64,000 bases of DNA from Camelus ferus. Lineage: Eukaryota. Below the pieces are notes generated by a model, which worked only from the letters and a program-made list of their open reading frames with translations, made no database searches and had not been told where the DNA came from. Made by a program: the position numbers and the translations under genes. The stretch spans positions 95,420,001 through 95,484,000 of the forward strand of contig NC_045697.1 of the NCBI RefSeq assembly GCF_009834535.1. Direction: 5' to 3'. Within the stretch, counting starts at the first letter, position 1, and every line of letters begins with the position of its first letter. Shown piece by piece: positions 1 through 13,137 of the stretch.

Positions 1-149
1 GATTCAAGTTGTAACACACAAACCAAACCAATCAGCACCCTTTAAATCTTTTAACTATATAAATTATATTAGTAAACTTTAGATTTATATTGGGTCAAAT
101 TATGGAACTTTATTTTAATTTAATAACAAAAATATGTAAATATGTGTGT

Positions 150-150
150 G

Positions 151-180
<30 letters not shown>
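150..180. repeat. (TATT)n tetranucleotide microsatellite
   Basis: About 7-8 uninterrupted TATT units. Confidence 0.9.
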
Positions 181-181
<1 letters not shown>

Positions 182-299
182 TTTCTTCAACCTATATGCA
201 AGTGTCTTTAAATTCCATTCTTCTTGTTTTTGTCACTGGATATATTTGGGTGTACATGCGAGTTGGGGTAGGGGTGCAAGTTCTCTTCACTGTGAATCG

Positions 300-990
300 T
301 ATTTACATGTCTTTGGTCTAGATAGCCTCACGTCAATTTTGTCTCAGGGTAGAGACATCCCCCGTGGCAATGGATATGTGCCTTAAGGAGCTCGGGTTTC
401 AGTTGGGTTTGAATTAACCCCTTGACTGTGCCCCAGGGGTACCGCGGGTGTTTTCTCCTCTAACCCTGAGGTGGGGGCAGCAGTGGTGTAGCTGTAGGTC
501 ACTGGACCCACAGGCCAGAGGTTTGGGATTGAACCCATCCTCTACTTCAGCCCCACCTTTTCCCACCCTCAGGGTGTTCCCACCCCACCTCTCTTTTGGG
601 GCTTCCAGCCACCTAAAACCAAGGCTTTTAGTTTGTCTCCATTTGATAATGGATGCACTGTGGGGTCAGGGCAGGGAGCCAGAGTAGTGTGCCTGATGGA
701 CAGTTGTCTCTCCTTCTGAGCCTTCCCCAGTCTACCTCCAGTGATGAGGTTTGCACTGTCAGGGCTAAAGCGGCCTCTCAGCTGGCTACTTTGAAAAATG
801 ATGCTCCGGGCTTGGGGGTTGTCTTTAGTTGTTAGGTACCTGGTCCTGGACAATTAGAGTCAGTACATAGTGACCCCTGGAGCATGAGAACCTGACAAAG
901 GGAGTAGTTGGGATGTGGATTTAATCAGCTGCTCCTGAAGGGGGATTGACCTGCATTTAGCCAGGGCCTCAAAACTGGGTCAAGGCAGCA
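300..990. mobile_element. GC-elevated segment, probably a decayed LTR with a MIR-like head near 470-550
   Basis: Composition contrasts with AT-rich flanks; 'gcagtggtgtagctgtagg...ggtttgggattgaaccc' resembles the MIR tRNA-like head. Family not identified. Confidence 0.3.
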
Positions 991-1199
991 TTAAAAACAA
1001 ATAAACAAACAGAACAAAGCTTATGTTATAGGTTCTAGTTCAACAGTGCAAGTACATATAAGCAAATATATGCACACACATATATTTTTCAAATTTGGCA
1101 ATTTTATATTTAAATGTCCAATTACTAAGGCAAGTTATCTTTTTTTATTAAAAAAAAATTCTTTTAGGACCTTAAATATGATTTTAGAATTTTCTTAAT

Positions 1200-1950
1200 A
1201 TTATTTCTCTTTCTTGTTGAATTTAGTACTAAATGTTTAAGTATTTTTTCCCTTTAACTTTCTATAAGTCATTATAAATACCATTTTAGTTTCTCTCTAT
1301 TAACAGAGAATCACTGACTTTTTAATAGTTGTTTGACTTTTATCAAGAATTTTTAACATCTATTTGTATGACTCTGTGTACATTTACCATAATAGACTAT
1401 TTTGATGTTTCCTACTATTGAAATATTTTGGATTCATGGAATGAATACTCGTTGTTCATAAAGGCTTATTCTTAGTATTCTGTGATGGGTGACAGAGATT
1501 ATACTTTACGTAGAGCTTTGTGCTGATATTCATTAATGAAACCAACCTATGACTTTCTTGTATCCTCTTACACTACTTTTTTCTTTAAATTACGGTCATG
1601 CTTACTTAAAAACATATATAGAGGAGACTTTGATCCTTCCTTCTGATTAGGAAAAATCTAAATAACTTTGGGACTATCTGCTCTTTATAATTAAGTAGAA
1701 ATTAGAAAAGCCATCTGTTCCTAGTGCCAGTTTTAATTGAGTTCTTCAATCTCTTTTAAAACTCTGTTATTGTAGTTTTTTCAAGCACTCTCCTATTAGG
1801 GTATTTTTGACAATATATGTTTTGCTTGAAGTTATTATATTTAATTTTTAGAATGTATTATCTTTAAATTGCTGCATATTACATAGTAGATGATTAAAAG
1901 CCTTCTGTAGTTTTAGTTACGTCTTGTTTTCGTTCTTAGACTTGTATACA
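1200..1950 (-). mobile_element. Ancient L1 (L1M-type) ORF2 fragment, antisense
   Basis: T-rich with degenerate antisense L1 motifs, e.g. 'gatattcattaatgaaacc' and 'gtagaaattagaaaagccatctgttcctag'. Confidence 0.55.
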
Positions 1951-2164
1951 TTTGTTCAGTTTATTTTTCTGTAAGGAGGGTCATAATAAATTTACCAGTT
2001 TTAGTGAACTTTTCAAATAATGTCTGTATCAGTTAAATATTTTGTAGCATAACATCCTCAAATTCAACAGCTTTCACAGTCCATCAAATCTAAATCACTC
2101 ATATATTTATTTTTTTTAATTTATGGAATTAGCTTTCTTCATCTCAATTTAAATTTTTCATGAT

Positions 2165-2315
2165 TAGTCTTTTGTTTATTTGTTCATTATATCTTTTCCA
2201 CAGAATTTAAGTTCTAGAAGAGTAGAGACCATGCCTGTTTTGTTCATTGTATGTATCTAGTTTCTAATACAGAATCAGATTATAGAAACTAGTCAAAAAT
2301 TTGTTTAATGAACAA
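2165..2315 (+). mobile_element. L2 LINE 3' end
   Basis: 'agaatttaagttctagaagagtagagaccatgcctgttttgttcattgtatgtatctag...aaaaatttgtttaatgaac' matches the L2 3' terminus. Confidence 0.75.
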
Positions 2316-2494
2316 GATACAATTATGTTTAGCACTTTATGTAATTCACTGAGATTGCTTTTTTAAAAAATCTTTTATGTGCAAGCACATGTATCCAATC
2401 TGTGGCAGTTCATACTTGGTAAAAGAAGTTGGAATTATACAATGATTTAACATACTTAATGTATGTTTATTGTGTTGATTCCAGCACTTCAGTA

Positions 2495-2610
2495 TTTATC
2501 CATTTCTTATCTTAAATATATTTATTGAATATGTTTTATTTTTGACATATTTAGCTAGGCTCTGAAGAAATAAATACAAACAGTTTGACCCTGCCCTCAA
2601 GAAGCTAGCA
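2495..2610 (-). mobile_element. L2 LINE 3' end, antisense
   Basis: 'aaatatatttattgaatatg...ctaggctctgaaga...ccctgccctcaagaagct'. Confidence 0.6.
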
Positions 2611-3454
2611 GAAAAATTTAAAGACAACCGTTGAAGAAGTAATTCACCTTTCAGAACACTTCAGAAACAAACTGGAAAAAATAACAAGACTATGTGTAGT
2701 ACAAATTTTAGCCTATTGCTAATTAATTCTAGGGCAATTTTTTCTAGTTTCATTAATATTTATAGTTATGTTTTCCAAAGATGCAAAGACTTTTTAAAAT
2801 AATTAATAGAAGAACATTGAAATATGACTCAGCTTATATAAAAGTTCAAATCTTTAGAAAAATAGCCAGGGTCAATGATACCAATTTATACAATTTCTGA
2901 TTTTCTATTAAAATAAAAATAATTATTTTTCAAATCATAAAAGAGATATATGTTCATCATAAGAAAATTAAAAGTATATATTTAAAGTTGTGAGTAGTAC
3001 TTAAAAATCATTTTTGATCCTAACATCTTAGAGATAATCATAGTTAACATTTTAATTTAAACTTTTTATTTTTTAAGACTTGATACACAGGTAAATACAT
3101 GTATAAGTATATATTTAAAAATGCAATAATTGTATCAGTAATATCTTAAATTTATATAAACTTTATAAATTTATTTTTATGTTGTAATTAAATATAACTT
3201 TAAGAAAAAGTCTAATATTCATTCTGCTTACATCTGCATACTTCTAGGGAAGGACCTATAGTGGTCAACAATCATAAAAGATAGGCTTTTAAGGCTAAGA
3301 ATAGTTTGCTGCTTTATAAGAATTTATCACTTAATATATCATTAAAATCTTTCCATGACATGAATTAATATTATAAGTACCAATTTCAATAATTTGTTTT
3401 ACATATGATTTGTTTCTTACCTATTTCTATTCAGTATTATTCTTATGACCTTTA

Positions 3455-4150
3455 AATTATGAAAAATACTCAAACTCACTCATAATAAGAGAAATGCAAA
3501 TTAATACTATGAAAATCTAGTTCTCACTTATCATATTGGCACAAACCCAAAAATTGGACAGAACATTCTGTTGGGAGTCTGTGGGAGTTCAGAATCATAC
3601 AACTCCTGCAGAGATGAATTTGACATCTAACAAGATTATCTTTCTGTCTCTCTGTATATTAATTTACAGTTTGACCTAGCGATCCTACTACTAATCTTCC
3701 TTGAATTTCCACACTTGCCAATGCAAATTTGTTTTGTATAGAAAAATACTGTAAACAGCCCAAATGCCCATTAATAAAGAAAAGATTACATAAAATATGG
3801 TATATCTACACACAGTGGAATTCTGAGTGTAACATACAAGATGAAATCAAATAAGACCTGTACACAGAAATGAAAGGATTCCAAAGATTTTTATTTTAAA
3901 AATAGACACAACCATGGGTGTATATGTTAATGGTTGTATAAAATATGACTTATGTCTTTGTTTATTTTACAATAAGAAGTATTGTAAAGAGTAAGGCAAA
4001 ATGAACAGAAAGTGTTACCAGTAAGAGCTGGACGGTATTAGAACAAAAGGGTAAAGGGATGGGAATAAGAAATCCCAGAGCATAGATTTGTATAAAGATT
4101 ACATTTTATACCTCATAGGTGTTTTTTTTTTAATTTTTTAAATAAAATAA
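3455..4150 (+). mobile_element. Old L1 (L1MC/L1ME-type) ORF2 end and 3' UTR
   Basis: 'actcaaactcactcataataagagaaatgcaaattaatactatga', 'tttgacctagcgatcctact', 'cagcccaaatgcccattaata', 'atatggtatatctacac'. Confidence 0.75.
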
Positions 4151-4260
4151 AAATGACACCTTATGTCTCAATTTAAAATAAGCTAAAGGAAGAGATTTTT
4201 CAGTTTAGTGAGGACAATAGAACCAATACAATAATTTCTTCTCCTGTGTCCCATAAAATC

Positions 4261-4510
4261 TGTTGTGGGAACAAAGCTGAAGAAGACCAACTGGGAAAAT
4301 TCTGAGAGAGCTGAAGCCGAGAGAACAGACTTGTCTGCCATACTCAGAGGAAGCTTTCTGGGAGAACACATGTTTTAAAGGGAGGAGGGGAAAAGTGAGG
4401 TTGGGAATGGCTGAGTGCAAGGTCGGCAGGGGAGTCAGTTGAATATCTGCATTGTAGGATGGCTTAATCCCAAATTGAAAAAAAAAATGCTGGATTTTCT
4501 TTTCTTTACA
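4261..4510 (-). mobile_element. Short solo-LTR-like element (probably ERV1 class)
   Basis: Begins TGTTGTGGGA, ends CTTTACA (TG...CA), flanked by near-direct repeats AAATC/AAATG; purine-rich interior like antisense ERV LTRs. Confidence 0.5.
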
Positions 4511-4560
4511 AAATGACTTCGCTGTCTTAGTACCTTAGTGGAACTAGGCCATGTCTTCTG

Positions 4561-4975
4561 TGTGTTAGATATTCCATCAGGATGCCACCAGGAAACACGA
4601 CGCATTCCACCAGAGTGACGGAGGAGAATGTGTTGAAGGCACTAATTCACAGAGGTGCTGGCAGGATTAATGGAAATCAGTTAAGGATATTGAAGCCCCT
4701 AGGTCTAGAAACAGCAGGAGGCAATGGTCACTTGGTCACCTGGAGGCCTGAAGGGGCAGGGGGAGGGAGAAAGAGGTGGACGGGAACTAACAAGAGCTGT
4801 GGCTGATGCAGCAGGTATAGGGGCCTAGGGAGGAGATGGACGAGCAAACAGAAGGTCCAGCACAGGTTCCAGGAGGGTGACCTTTGTGTTTTTGAAATGT
4901 ATGTGTCCCTCAGTGTCACTGCTGGCTGCTCATTTGCTCATCTGCTCATCCAAAGCCAAAGACAGCTAGCTGACC
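4561..4975 (-). mobile_element. MaLR MLT1-family LTR (old subfamily)
   Basis: 'tgtgttag...ccaccaggaaaca...gaaggcactaattcacagaggtgctggcagg...ggcctgaaggggcaggggga' resembles antisense MLT1. Confidence 0.6.
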
Positions 4976-5199
4976 AACTCTGTTGTTCTGTTATGCATTT
5001 AAAATTTGCAGAGTCTTATTCACAAATATCAGTGGATAAACCAGAATCAGTAAGTGTTTAGAGAAAGACTGCAGCGTACAAAGACCTATTGAAAGAGAAA
5101 AAGAAAGAAAAAAGTTAAAAAAAATCTGATATGGTGATCATTTTGGATATTGAGAAAATGTTAAAAATTAACATGAACAAACAAATCAAAAGATCACTT

Positions 5200-6000
5200 C
5201 CAATTATTGTCCTCAAAGAATTTTGTGTGGAGTTTGAATTCAAAGAATAAGAAAACAAATCTACTACAAGAGACCAATTCCAGAAGAAAAATTAAAGTAT
5301 TACAAACAACAAGAAGAAATCAATAGAAAATTTAGAGCACAAAAATGAATGATTATCATAATAAACTAAAAATAAAAAGAGAATATTAGATAATGAGATA
5401 TTGTCATAAGAAAATACTCAGTGCAATTTAAATGATGTTTGCACTATCAAAATTATTTTATGCTATTTATTGGTTTTTAACTTCTTTAACCCTAAGGATA
5501 AATGTCAAAATACTTATATGTGAATAGGACACCATTGACAATACTAAAGTTTCCCCCTCCCTCCCTCCTTTCCTTCCTTTCTTTTCTTAAAGGTAGAAAG
5601 CTAGAATGTGAAAGAGATGGAAAGAAGGACAAATATACTTCATTTTTATTCTAAAAAATGAGGAATGAAGCATATTTAAGATTGTTAGCATAAGTAATGG
5701 AACTTTGGTATGTGGTCTCACAATCCAGATGTGGTCATTGCAGAAATAGCGACTTCGTCAATTAGAGGTGATATGAAAAAAAAAAAATCAATGGTCTCCA
5801 GCTCTGATATATCAAAATAATAAGATTTTCATATTATTTAGAGATGAAATGACAACCCAAAGTGTTAAGAGCAGAAATATATAGTTGTGATTGCCTCTGA
5901 AGAGTGAGACTAAGAGTAGAATAAGGGAGGGAATGATTGTTTTCTAATCTAAATGTTCAATGTTTAAATATTACATTCACAATTTGCTTAAAAACTTAAA
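5200..6000 (+). mobile_element. Highly decayed L1-like fragments
   Basis: A-rich; 'tagttgtgattgcctctgaagagtgagact...gggagggaatgattgtttt' resembles an old L1ME 3' end. Confidence 0.4.
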
Positions 6001-8079
6001 TATAGGACATAAATAATGTGAAAAATCATATACTACAGTAGTCAATTGTATGCAGTAGTCAATAGTCAATTATAGTCAATTTGACAATAGTCCAATTGAG
6101 TATAATACGTCTTAAAAGCTGTATCTCACACCAAACTTAAAATTTATTTTTTTCAGGATAATTTACAATCAGCATTATAAATATTTAGGCAACTTTCTAC
6201 ACAAATACATACTATGACTGTGAGGTTGAGGAAGAAATTCTCTTTGGTTATCTACCATCAAGGTAAAAATTATCAAAAAGAAGTAACTGTCATTCAGGCA
6301 ATAAATGACAGGTTCTAGCATGTGTCAGTTGACATTTTATCACCTTGTCTTACAGTTTGGTTTTACTCTACATTAAATTCTAAAAGTGCCTGGATCTCCA
6401 CATGCCTTTTCTCCACTTAGTCTTATTCTTAAGTAATGTAGAAAACAAGTTGCTAGCAGGGTGCATTTTTACTTTGAGAATCTCTAAGTCTTTACTGCCC
6501 TTCTATTATTTCCATTTCCTGTGATGCCAATGTATATCAATAAAGGGCATGAGAATATGACTTCTGCAGAGACATTTATGTTTTCAGCATTACCTGTGTG
6601 TTAAAAATCCATGGCACTTAAAAAAAAATGAGAGTTGCTCTTTTGTAGTATCAGTTCAAAAAAGAAATAATCACTTGGGAAATTTTTCTCTGTGTGTACT
6701 GCAAAGAAATCCAGCAGAGAAGAAAGGCTTGCAAAACCATAGAAGGCAGTAAATGTCAGGAAAGGTGGGTCATTCTTGCTTGTAGCCATAAGGGCATTTC
6801 ACTTTTACTCAAGCTCATTGTTATGCTTAGTCAACTATGACCTTACGTCAAGCTGATCTTTGCTCCTTGGAACTCTGGAAGTAGCTACAGGTAACAAACT
6901 TTGAAATAATAAACTGTCCCCAATTTAGACTAGAACTTTGCAGGCATTTAACCTCAAATAAACTTTAATTGCAGTTAAAATATGACAATAAAAATGCCTT
7001 CTTGGAATTTCTTGAATGCTAAATTTTATTCATTGTGAATTTTTAGATGCTATTTTCATATTCATTTTTTTTGCTATATTTTGCAAACTGAAGAGTTGAT
7101 ATATATATTCTGGTATGCTAAGCAAATCCAAATAACTCTCTTAAATCTGATACGTTTTTGTCTGTGCTCTATCAAAACATGTTTAGCTATCATATAGCAT
7201 ATTAAAGAAAATGAAGAGTTGTAAACACCCAAAAGGAACAAAAAAATGTACTGTATATGTATTTTGAAATACGTATATTGTTCAATTTTTTTAGTTCCAT
7301 AAAAAGGCCAATATTTGATAAAATCAGCAATTTAAGTGAAGCAACAAAAACATACAGACCAAATATGTAAATATTTCCATCTTGCTTTACCAAACCAGCA
7401 ATCAAAAGGCAAATTGGATTAGGTTTAAACCTCAAAAATTCTCAGAAAATACAAACATCAGGACCGTTCTATCCTGTGAAGCTAAATCACTTTGATGACA
7501 CTTCTAATTTATATCACTGTTAGTCAAGAAATTGAATTGTACAAATGTTTATACATATATGAATATCTAATTTTGGGGGAGACTTCACTCTAATGTTAAG
7601 ATTTTTTTGATTTATTCTGTTTTGCTTTTGAAAGCTACTCAGTAATCAGTTGTGTAGATGACAATGTTCTATTCTAGGGATGACTAAAAATGAAACAATA
7701 ATGACATGATGAGAAAATTTAGTTGTTGGTTCACAGGTTTGTTCTGACCTCAGCCTATGTTCCATGAGGTAAATGTATATAGGTGTTATCCTGGAATTGG
7801 TCTACACAGCTATTTAATTATGCACTTAGTTTATACCAGTGACTAGTAATATAGTTTAAGAAAATTCAAGTATAAATTATACAATTTCATTTTATAGTAT
7901 ATTCCATTCCTAATTTCTGGGAAAATCTTTTCTGCTAACACAAAGGAGACATGATAGTCTAGTTAAACAAAATATAAACAGTAATTAATGAGTATAATAG
8001 TGGGACTATGGGATAACATTCCATTACATGTACCCTCTTTTCAATATAACATTGTCTTGAAGACAAGTTATTCACATTT

Positions 8080-8570
8080 TTATTAATTCCTTAGATTAGG
8101 AATATTCCTTGACCATGTACTAGTTGTTACAAATTGTTCTAAATCCTGAGGCTACCAAAAAAACAAAACAAAATGAAACAAAATATGTAAAACTCTTTAC
8201 CCTCATGGAAATTAAATTTTATTTGAAAGATATAAAAAGCTGAATATAAACTAGTGGTCAAGGATATGGAGGATGCAATGAAGAGATTAAGAAGACACTA
8301 CTGTTGAAGTAGAAAGGAAATGAAATGAATTGACTGCTGAATATATCATCTTGGGACCTAAAAATTAATTTATGGATTCATTTTATTTGATGTGGATCAA
8401 ATAAAAATGTGAATGAGTTCAAGAAATTATTGAAGGAGAGGAAGTGGGAAAAAAAATGTAGACAAGTCTCTCAAGGAGTTTCCCTCAAAAAGTATCAGAA
8501 AATGGGTGTTGGTAACCAGATGGAGTAAAGAACTGGGAAAGGTATTTTCCTCCAAGAAAGAGAGACTTTT
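8080..8570 (-). mobile_element. L2 fragments, antisense
   Basis: 'ttgttctaaatcctgagg...ctttaccctcatggaaattaaatttta' and 'gtagacaagtctctcaaggagttt'. Confidence 0.55.
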
Positions 8571-11500
8571 TAGAGAAGAGGAGAGTTTTATTATACATAT
8601 TTATTTGTTTTTGATTTTTGTTAGTCTATTTATTATTAACCTATGTTTTAACTGCGGATCTTTGAAGTGGCTACAACCATCTTACACAAAAAAATAGGCC
8701 AAAACAATCAAATATATTTAGTGTAGCATCCCGAGGTCATCAAACCTTATAACCAGCTCTTAGGACTGGCTAAATCCAGGCACATGTTTCGTCTGAAGTA
8801 ATTAAATGAACTTACCTGGGTAGCTGCTATTATTTCAGTGTTCTGCCACTCTTAGCAGAAAACAGCAGAACCATTAAACTCTCAAATATTAAATATTAAC
8901 CAAGGATACATTTGTACATGTTTATTAGAGCATGTTAATCAGAAAAAATTAATTATTAGAAAATATCAGATATCTCTGTTATTTCTGACTGTTTTATGCT
9001 ACATCACAGTGGTATATACTTTTGTAAAAACACTCAATTTGTAAAGTCTCCTCTTGTGTCTGCGTAATATATGAAATTGAGATATTTCAATGGTAGATTC
9101 AAAATGTTTGGAATTGCCTCTTCCACCATGGATCTCATTCATAGTAGGAAAGACACCGGATTCTGTAGCTTCCTTCCCTATGCTGTTTTTGGTACAAATT
9201 TCCATGTTTCCTTTTCCATTAGCCTCGTGTATTATATCAGCACCTCATGCCTGGTGTACCTAGATCGTACTTTCAAAGACCAGTCTCCAGTCCCTGCTGA
9301 CTCCGATGTTCACACTACCATCAAAACTTAGATACCTCACAATATCACTATTTCCATTACTCCTGTCCTTAATATATCTAATCCAGTCATTTAAAGTTCT
9401 TGTCTTATAAATTTTTTTTTCCTGGTGATTTTGCCAGACATGGGAAAAGAAGATAAATTTAGTATACTAAAGAATTGGAAAGCTGCTGTACTTAAAATGT
9501 TTCTATGACATTGCCATCACTGAAATCATGTGTGGCCTGTAAAGTGTACACCTTAGGGACTTGTTTCCTCTGCTCTGTGTCTGCAATTCCAAAGAGGTCT
9601 CTAATGGATGCTGTTGCCTTGAGTTACTGGGAAAACTAAGGAGATTAGCTGTATTCCCTCAAAATAATCAAGTTCACATAGTTTACTGATATGGATGACA
9701 GAATAATAAGCAACTAGAACTGCTTTTTATTCCTACAAAACTTGAGTATGTTTGTTAAAACATAAATACCACAGAATATACTTAGAGAGATATATTTGAA
9801 TCCAGAAAAGAGAATTTCTTAAAAGATATTTAGAATAAAAAATTTTAAGATAAGTTTAATTTCTAATGATATTAGTGCTTTATTAATTTATGACATTTTT
9901 AAACGAAACTTTTGCTAGATTAGGATAAGAACAAGCTGATTTATTGATAAGTGATTCTTTGGTAAGTTCATGTAAACAGTATCTTGTTATATTGAAAAAC
10001 AGTTCATGATATGTTTATGTAAACACCTGATTAATTTCTAAATAAACTTCTATTTAAGAGTAACAGCACCTTACCAGGGGAGAATACCAGGACAAGTTAC
10101 AGTAATGCACATTTCAAATATACATTTTTTTTTGTAGTGCAAAAAGTAACTAGATATTGAACATTTTTTTTAAAATAAAATGTTGGTCTGGCAGAATATG
10201 CTCTTATCTCTTAGGAATAGTTTAATCTGCATCTTTTAAAGAAGATCAGGATACACCAAATATAATTTCAAGATTAAACCTGATAGCTTGAGTCTTTCCC
10301 TGCATTCCTATGGAAAGGAACTGGTTCTCCTCTGGCCTGTCACGCAGACGAGCGTGTTAAACCTCAGGCTGATCCAACAGGGCGGCTCTCTCACAGCGGA
10401 TCTCATTGCACTGAGAGTAGTTGCTTTCTCAGGTCTCCATATATTAAGGTCCTTCACTTTTCTTTATATTCAGAACACCAAATCAATCATATAACATCTG
10501 TTGTTACCATGCTATAAATTTCAGCTGTAGTTAATACACATTATGATTGTCTTTCTGATGGCATTGATTTGAAGTTGGACAGTTTGGATTTGTCCAATTG
10601 GACAATTAGCATGTTAGGGCTGTATCAACACAGATGATCTGTGAAATTTTGACCAATACGTTCAGGTATGTATTCTGTAGCTAATCAGACAAGTTTATAT
10701 TCAAGGAGACATAGCTTATTAGTGTAATATAATAGGATTAAAAGAATCCTATTTAGATCTATATTAATATTCTATTTGTTCCTTTTTACTATAAAGAGTA
10801 AGATAGGTTCACTTGATTATTTTGATTTAAAAATGAACATAACTCCAAAGAAACTTGGTTAAGTCACTCTGACACTTAAGCCGCAGTTTTATCACTGAGA
10901 AATTGCAGGTGGCTACGTTTCCATATTTGCTTTCTTACCTAATTTCTAGTCAAAGTAAAGGGATTCTTCACTAATGAAAATAAACATGTAATAAACCAAA
11001 TATACTTTTTTATTTTACATTAAATAGCCACTATCCTTAGAGATGAAAGACTTATGGATTTATTCAGTTCATGTAGAAATAAAGAGCTCATGCACATGTT
11101 GGTTACCATTTTACTACTCTATTTTCATAAGCAACATTCCTAAAAGAAATTTTAGAATTCAGAAAAATAGCTTGTTATTGAATATAAGCACAGTTAGAGA
11201 AGATAAAACCAATATTTCATGAACTCCTATTACATGAAACACATACATACTTATTTGGTTTTTATAATCATTTTACTCCCCAATGTTTAGCTGAATACTT
11301 GGCACATGGTGTTCATTGATCTATTGTTTGTTAAATAAGTGTATGACCATGACAGGTAGATTGTTCCTGACGAAAATCTGAGAGTTAGTAGTGAGTAAGT
11401 GGCAGATGAAAAGCTGCTGTGTACAGGTTAGGTGAGCCTGAAAGTCTGCCAAGTTTATAAAGCATTCAGATCTATAACTGACTTCAAGAACCTAGCTTTT

Positions 11501-12487
11501 GCTCAAGACAGTTAGGTAGATAAAATTGTGAATAATTTGCAAACTGTCTCACCTGTTTCGCCACCACTCTCACGTTCCATGAACAGGAAAGGCTGCTTTC
11601 TACTAATTTCCATTTCAGTATGACCCACAGGAAGGGGTGACTTGGATTTAACATTCCTGTGCCTTTTCCAAAGTTATTCTACAAATTGTACGTCTTCCCA
11701 GCACATACTCTCTTCCCCAGCATTCTGTCTACTTTATAAATGTATATATTGCATTATTTTTCATGCTGGTTTCTTACATTAGTAAATAACTTGGCTAATA
11801 TTGATAATAATGATTTTAATCATTATGTGTAATTTAGAGAGTGTCCAAGATATCTGCATATAATGGTTTATTTAATTTCATTAATCCTACCAAGAAAAGA
11901 TTTTATTTGCTTTGTATTCTTCTAACAAGTGAGTAAAACCTACTTGCTACCCCTTGTCCATGAAAACACAAGCTGTGTTTAAATATCTACCTTCAAATGG
12001 CAGAGTGCCATATATCATAAGCATAATGGAGAAATGAGTTTATTCCATTTGTTTAAATTTCCAACGAGTATCCCATAAATAAACAGAGCACTCAATCCTT
12101 TCCTTAAGCCCAAACTCAGGGTGCCATAGGCAGGGGATATAAAATCCCATCACTATGCTAATTTAATTTATTCAGCCTCATTGAAACATTTCAGATTGTG
12201 TACCCTTTCTGATGCATTTATATTCTCTAGTTGTATGAAGTAGAAGTTGATGGATCCTGAAAGTTGCTGACCAGGCTACTCTACATTTGTAACTTGAAAT
12301 TTTTAAATATGGGAGTTTCACCTTCAACAAATTCTTTATAGGAGGCTAACATTTTATTAGATACAAGCAGAACTAAAGTTTTAATAAATGTGTGCCATTA
12401 ATTTTGTCTTCCTAATATTGAAGACTCTATGGTGAGAAGATGTGTAAGTAGTATGTTCCAACACAATGGAAAGAAATTGAATAAAGC

Positions 12488-13137
12488 CTATTTTTAGTTT
12501 TTTGAGTAATCTGCATACTGTTTTCCATAATGGCTGTACCAAACTACACTCCCACCAACAGTGTAGGAGGGTTCCCTTTTCTCCACACCCTCTCCAGCAT
12601 TTATCATTCGTGGACTTCTGAATGATGGCCATTCTGACTGGTGTGAGGTGATACCTCATTGTAGCTTTGATTTGCATTTCTCTGATAATTAATGATATTG
12701 AGCATTTTTTTCATGTGCCTATTGGCCATTTGTGTGTCTTCATTGGAGAATTGCTTGTATTTTCTGCCCATTTTTGGATTGGGTTTTTTTTTTTTTCTCA
12801 TTAATTTGTATGAGCTGTTTAGATATTCTGAAGATTAAGCCCTTGTCAGTCTCATCTTTTGCAAATATTTTCTCCCATTTTGTAGGTTGTCTTCCTGTTT
12901 TGCTTATGGTATCCTTTGCTATGCAAAAACTTTTAAGTTTAATTAGGTCCCATTTGTTTATTTTTGCTTTTATTTCTATTGCTTCAGTAGACTGCCCTAG
13001 GAGAACATTGCTGAGATTTATGTCAGATAATGTTTTGCCTATGGTTTCTTCTAAGAGGTTTATAGTGTCTTGTCTTACGTTTAACTCTTTAAGCCATTTT
13101 CAGTTTACTTATGTGTATGGTGTGAAGGGGGTATTCC
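12488..13137 (-). mobile_element. Inverted 5' segment of a twin-primed young L1 (ORF2 C-terminal region)
   Basis: Minus-strand ORF gives [54 protein letters not shown], the Cys-rich C-terminus of L1 ORF2p; frameshifted. Confidence 0.95.

Noticed and set aside
6036..6097. CRISPR-like repeat array
   Set aside because: Units are only 8-11 bp with no regular spacers, in mammalian DNA with no cas genes.
9919..9967. AG...TTG|GTAAGT candidate coding exon
   Set aside because: Stop codons in all three frames and a weak acceptor.
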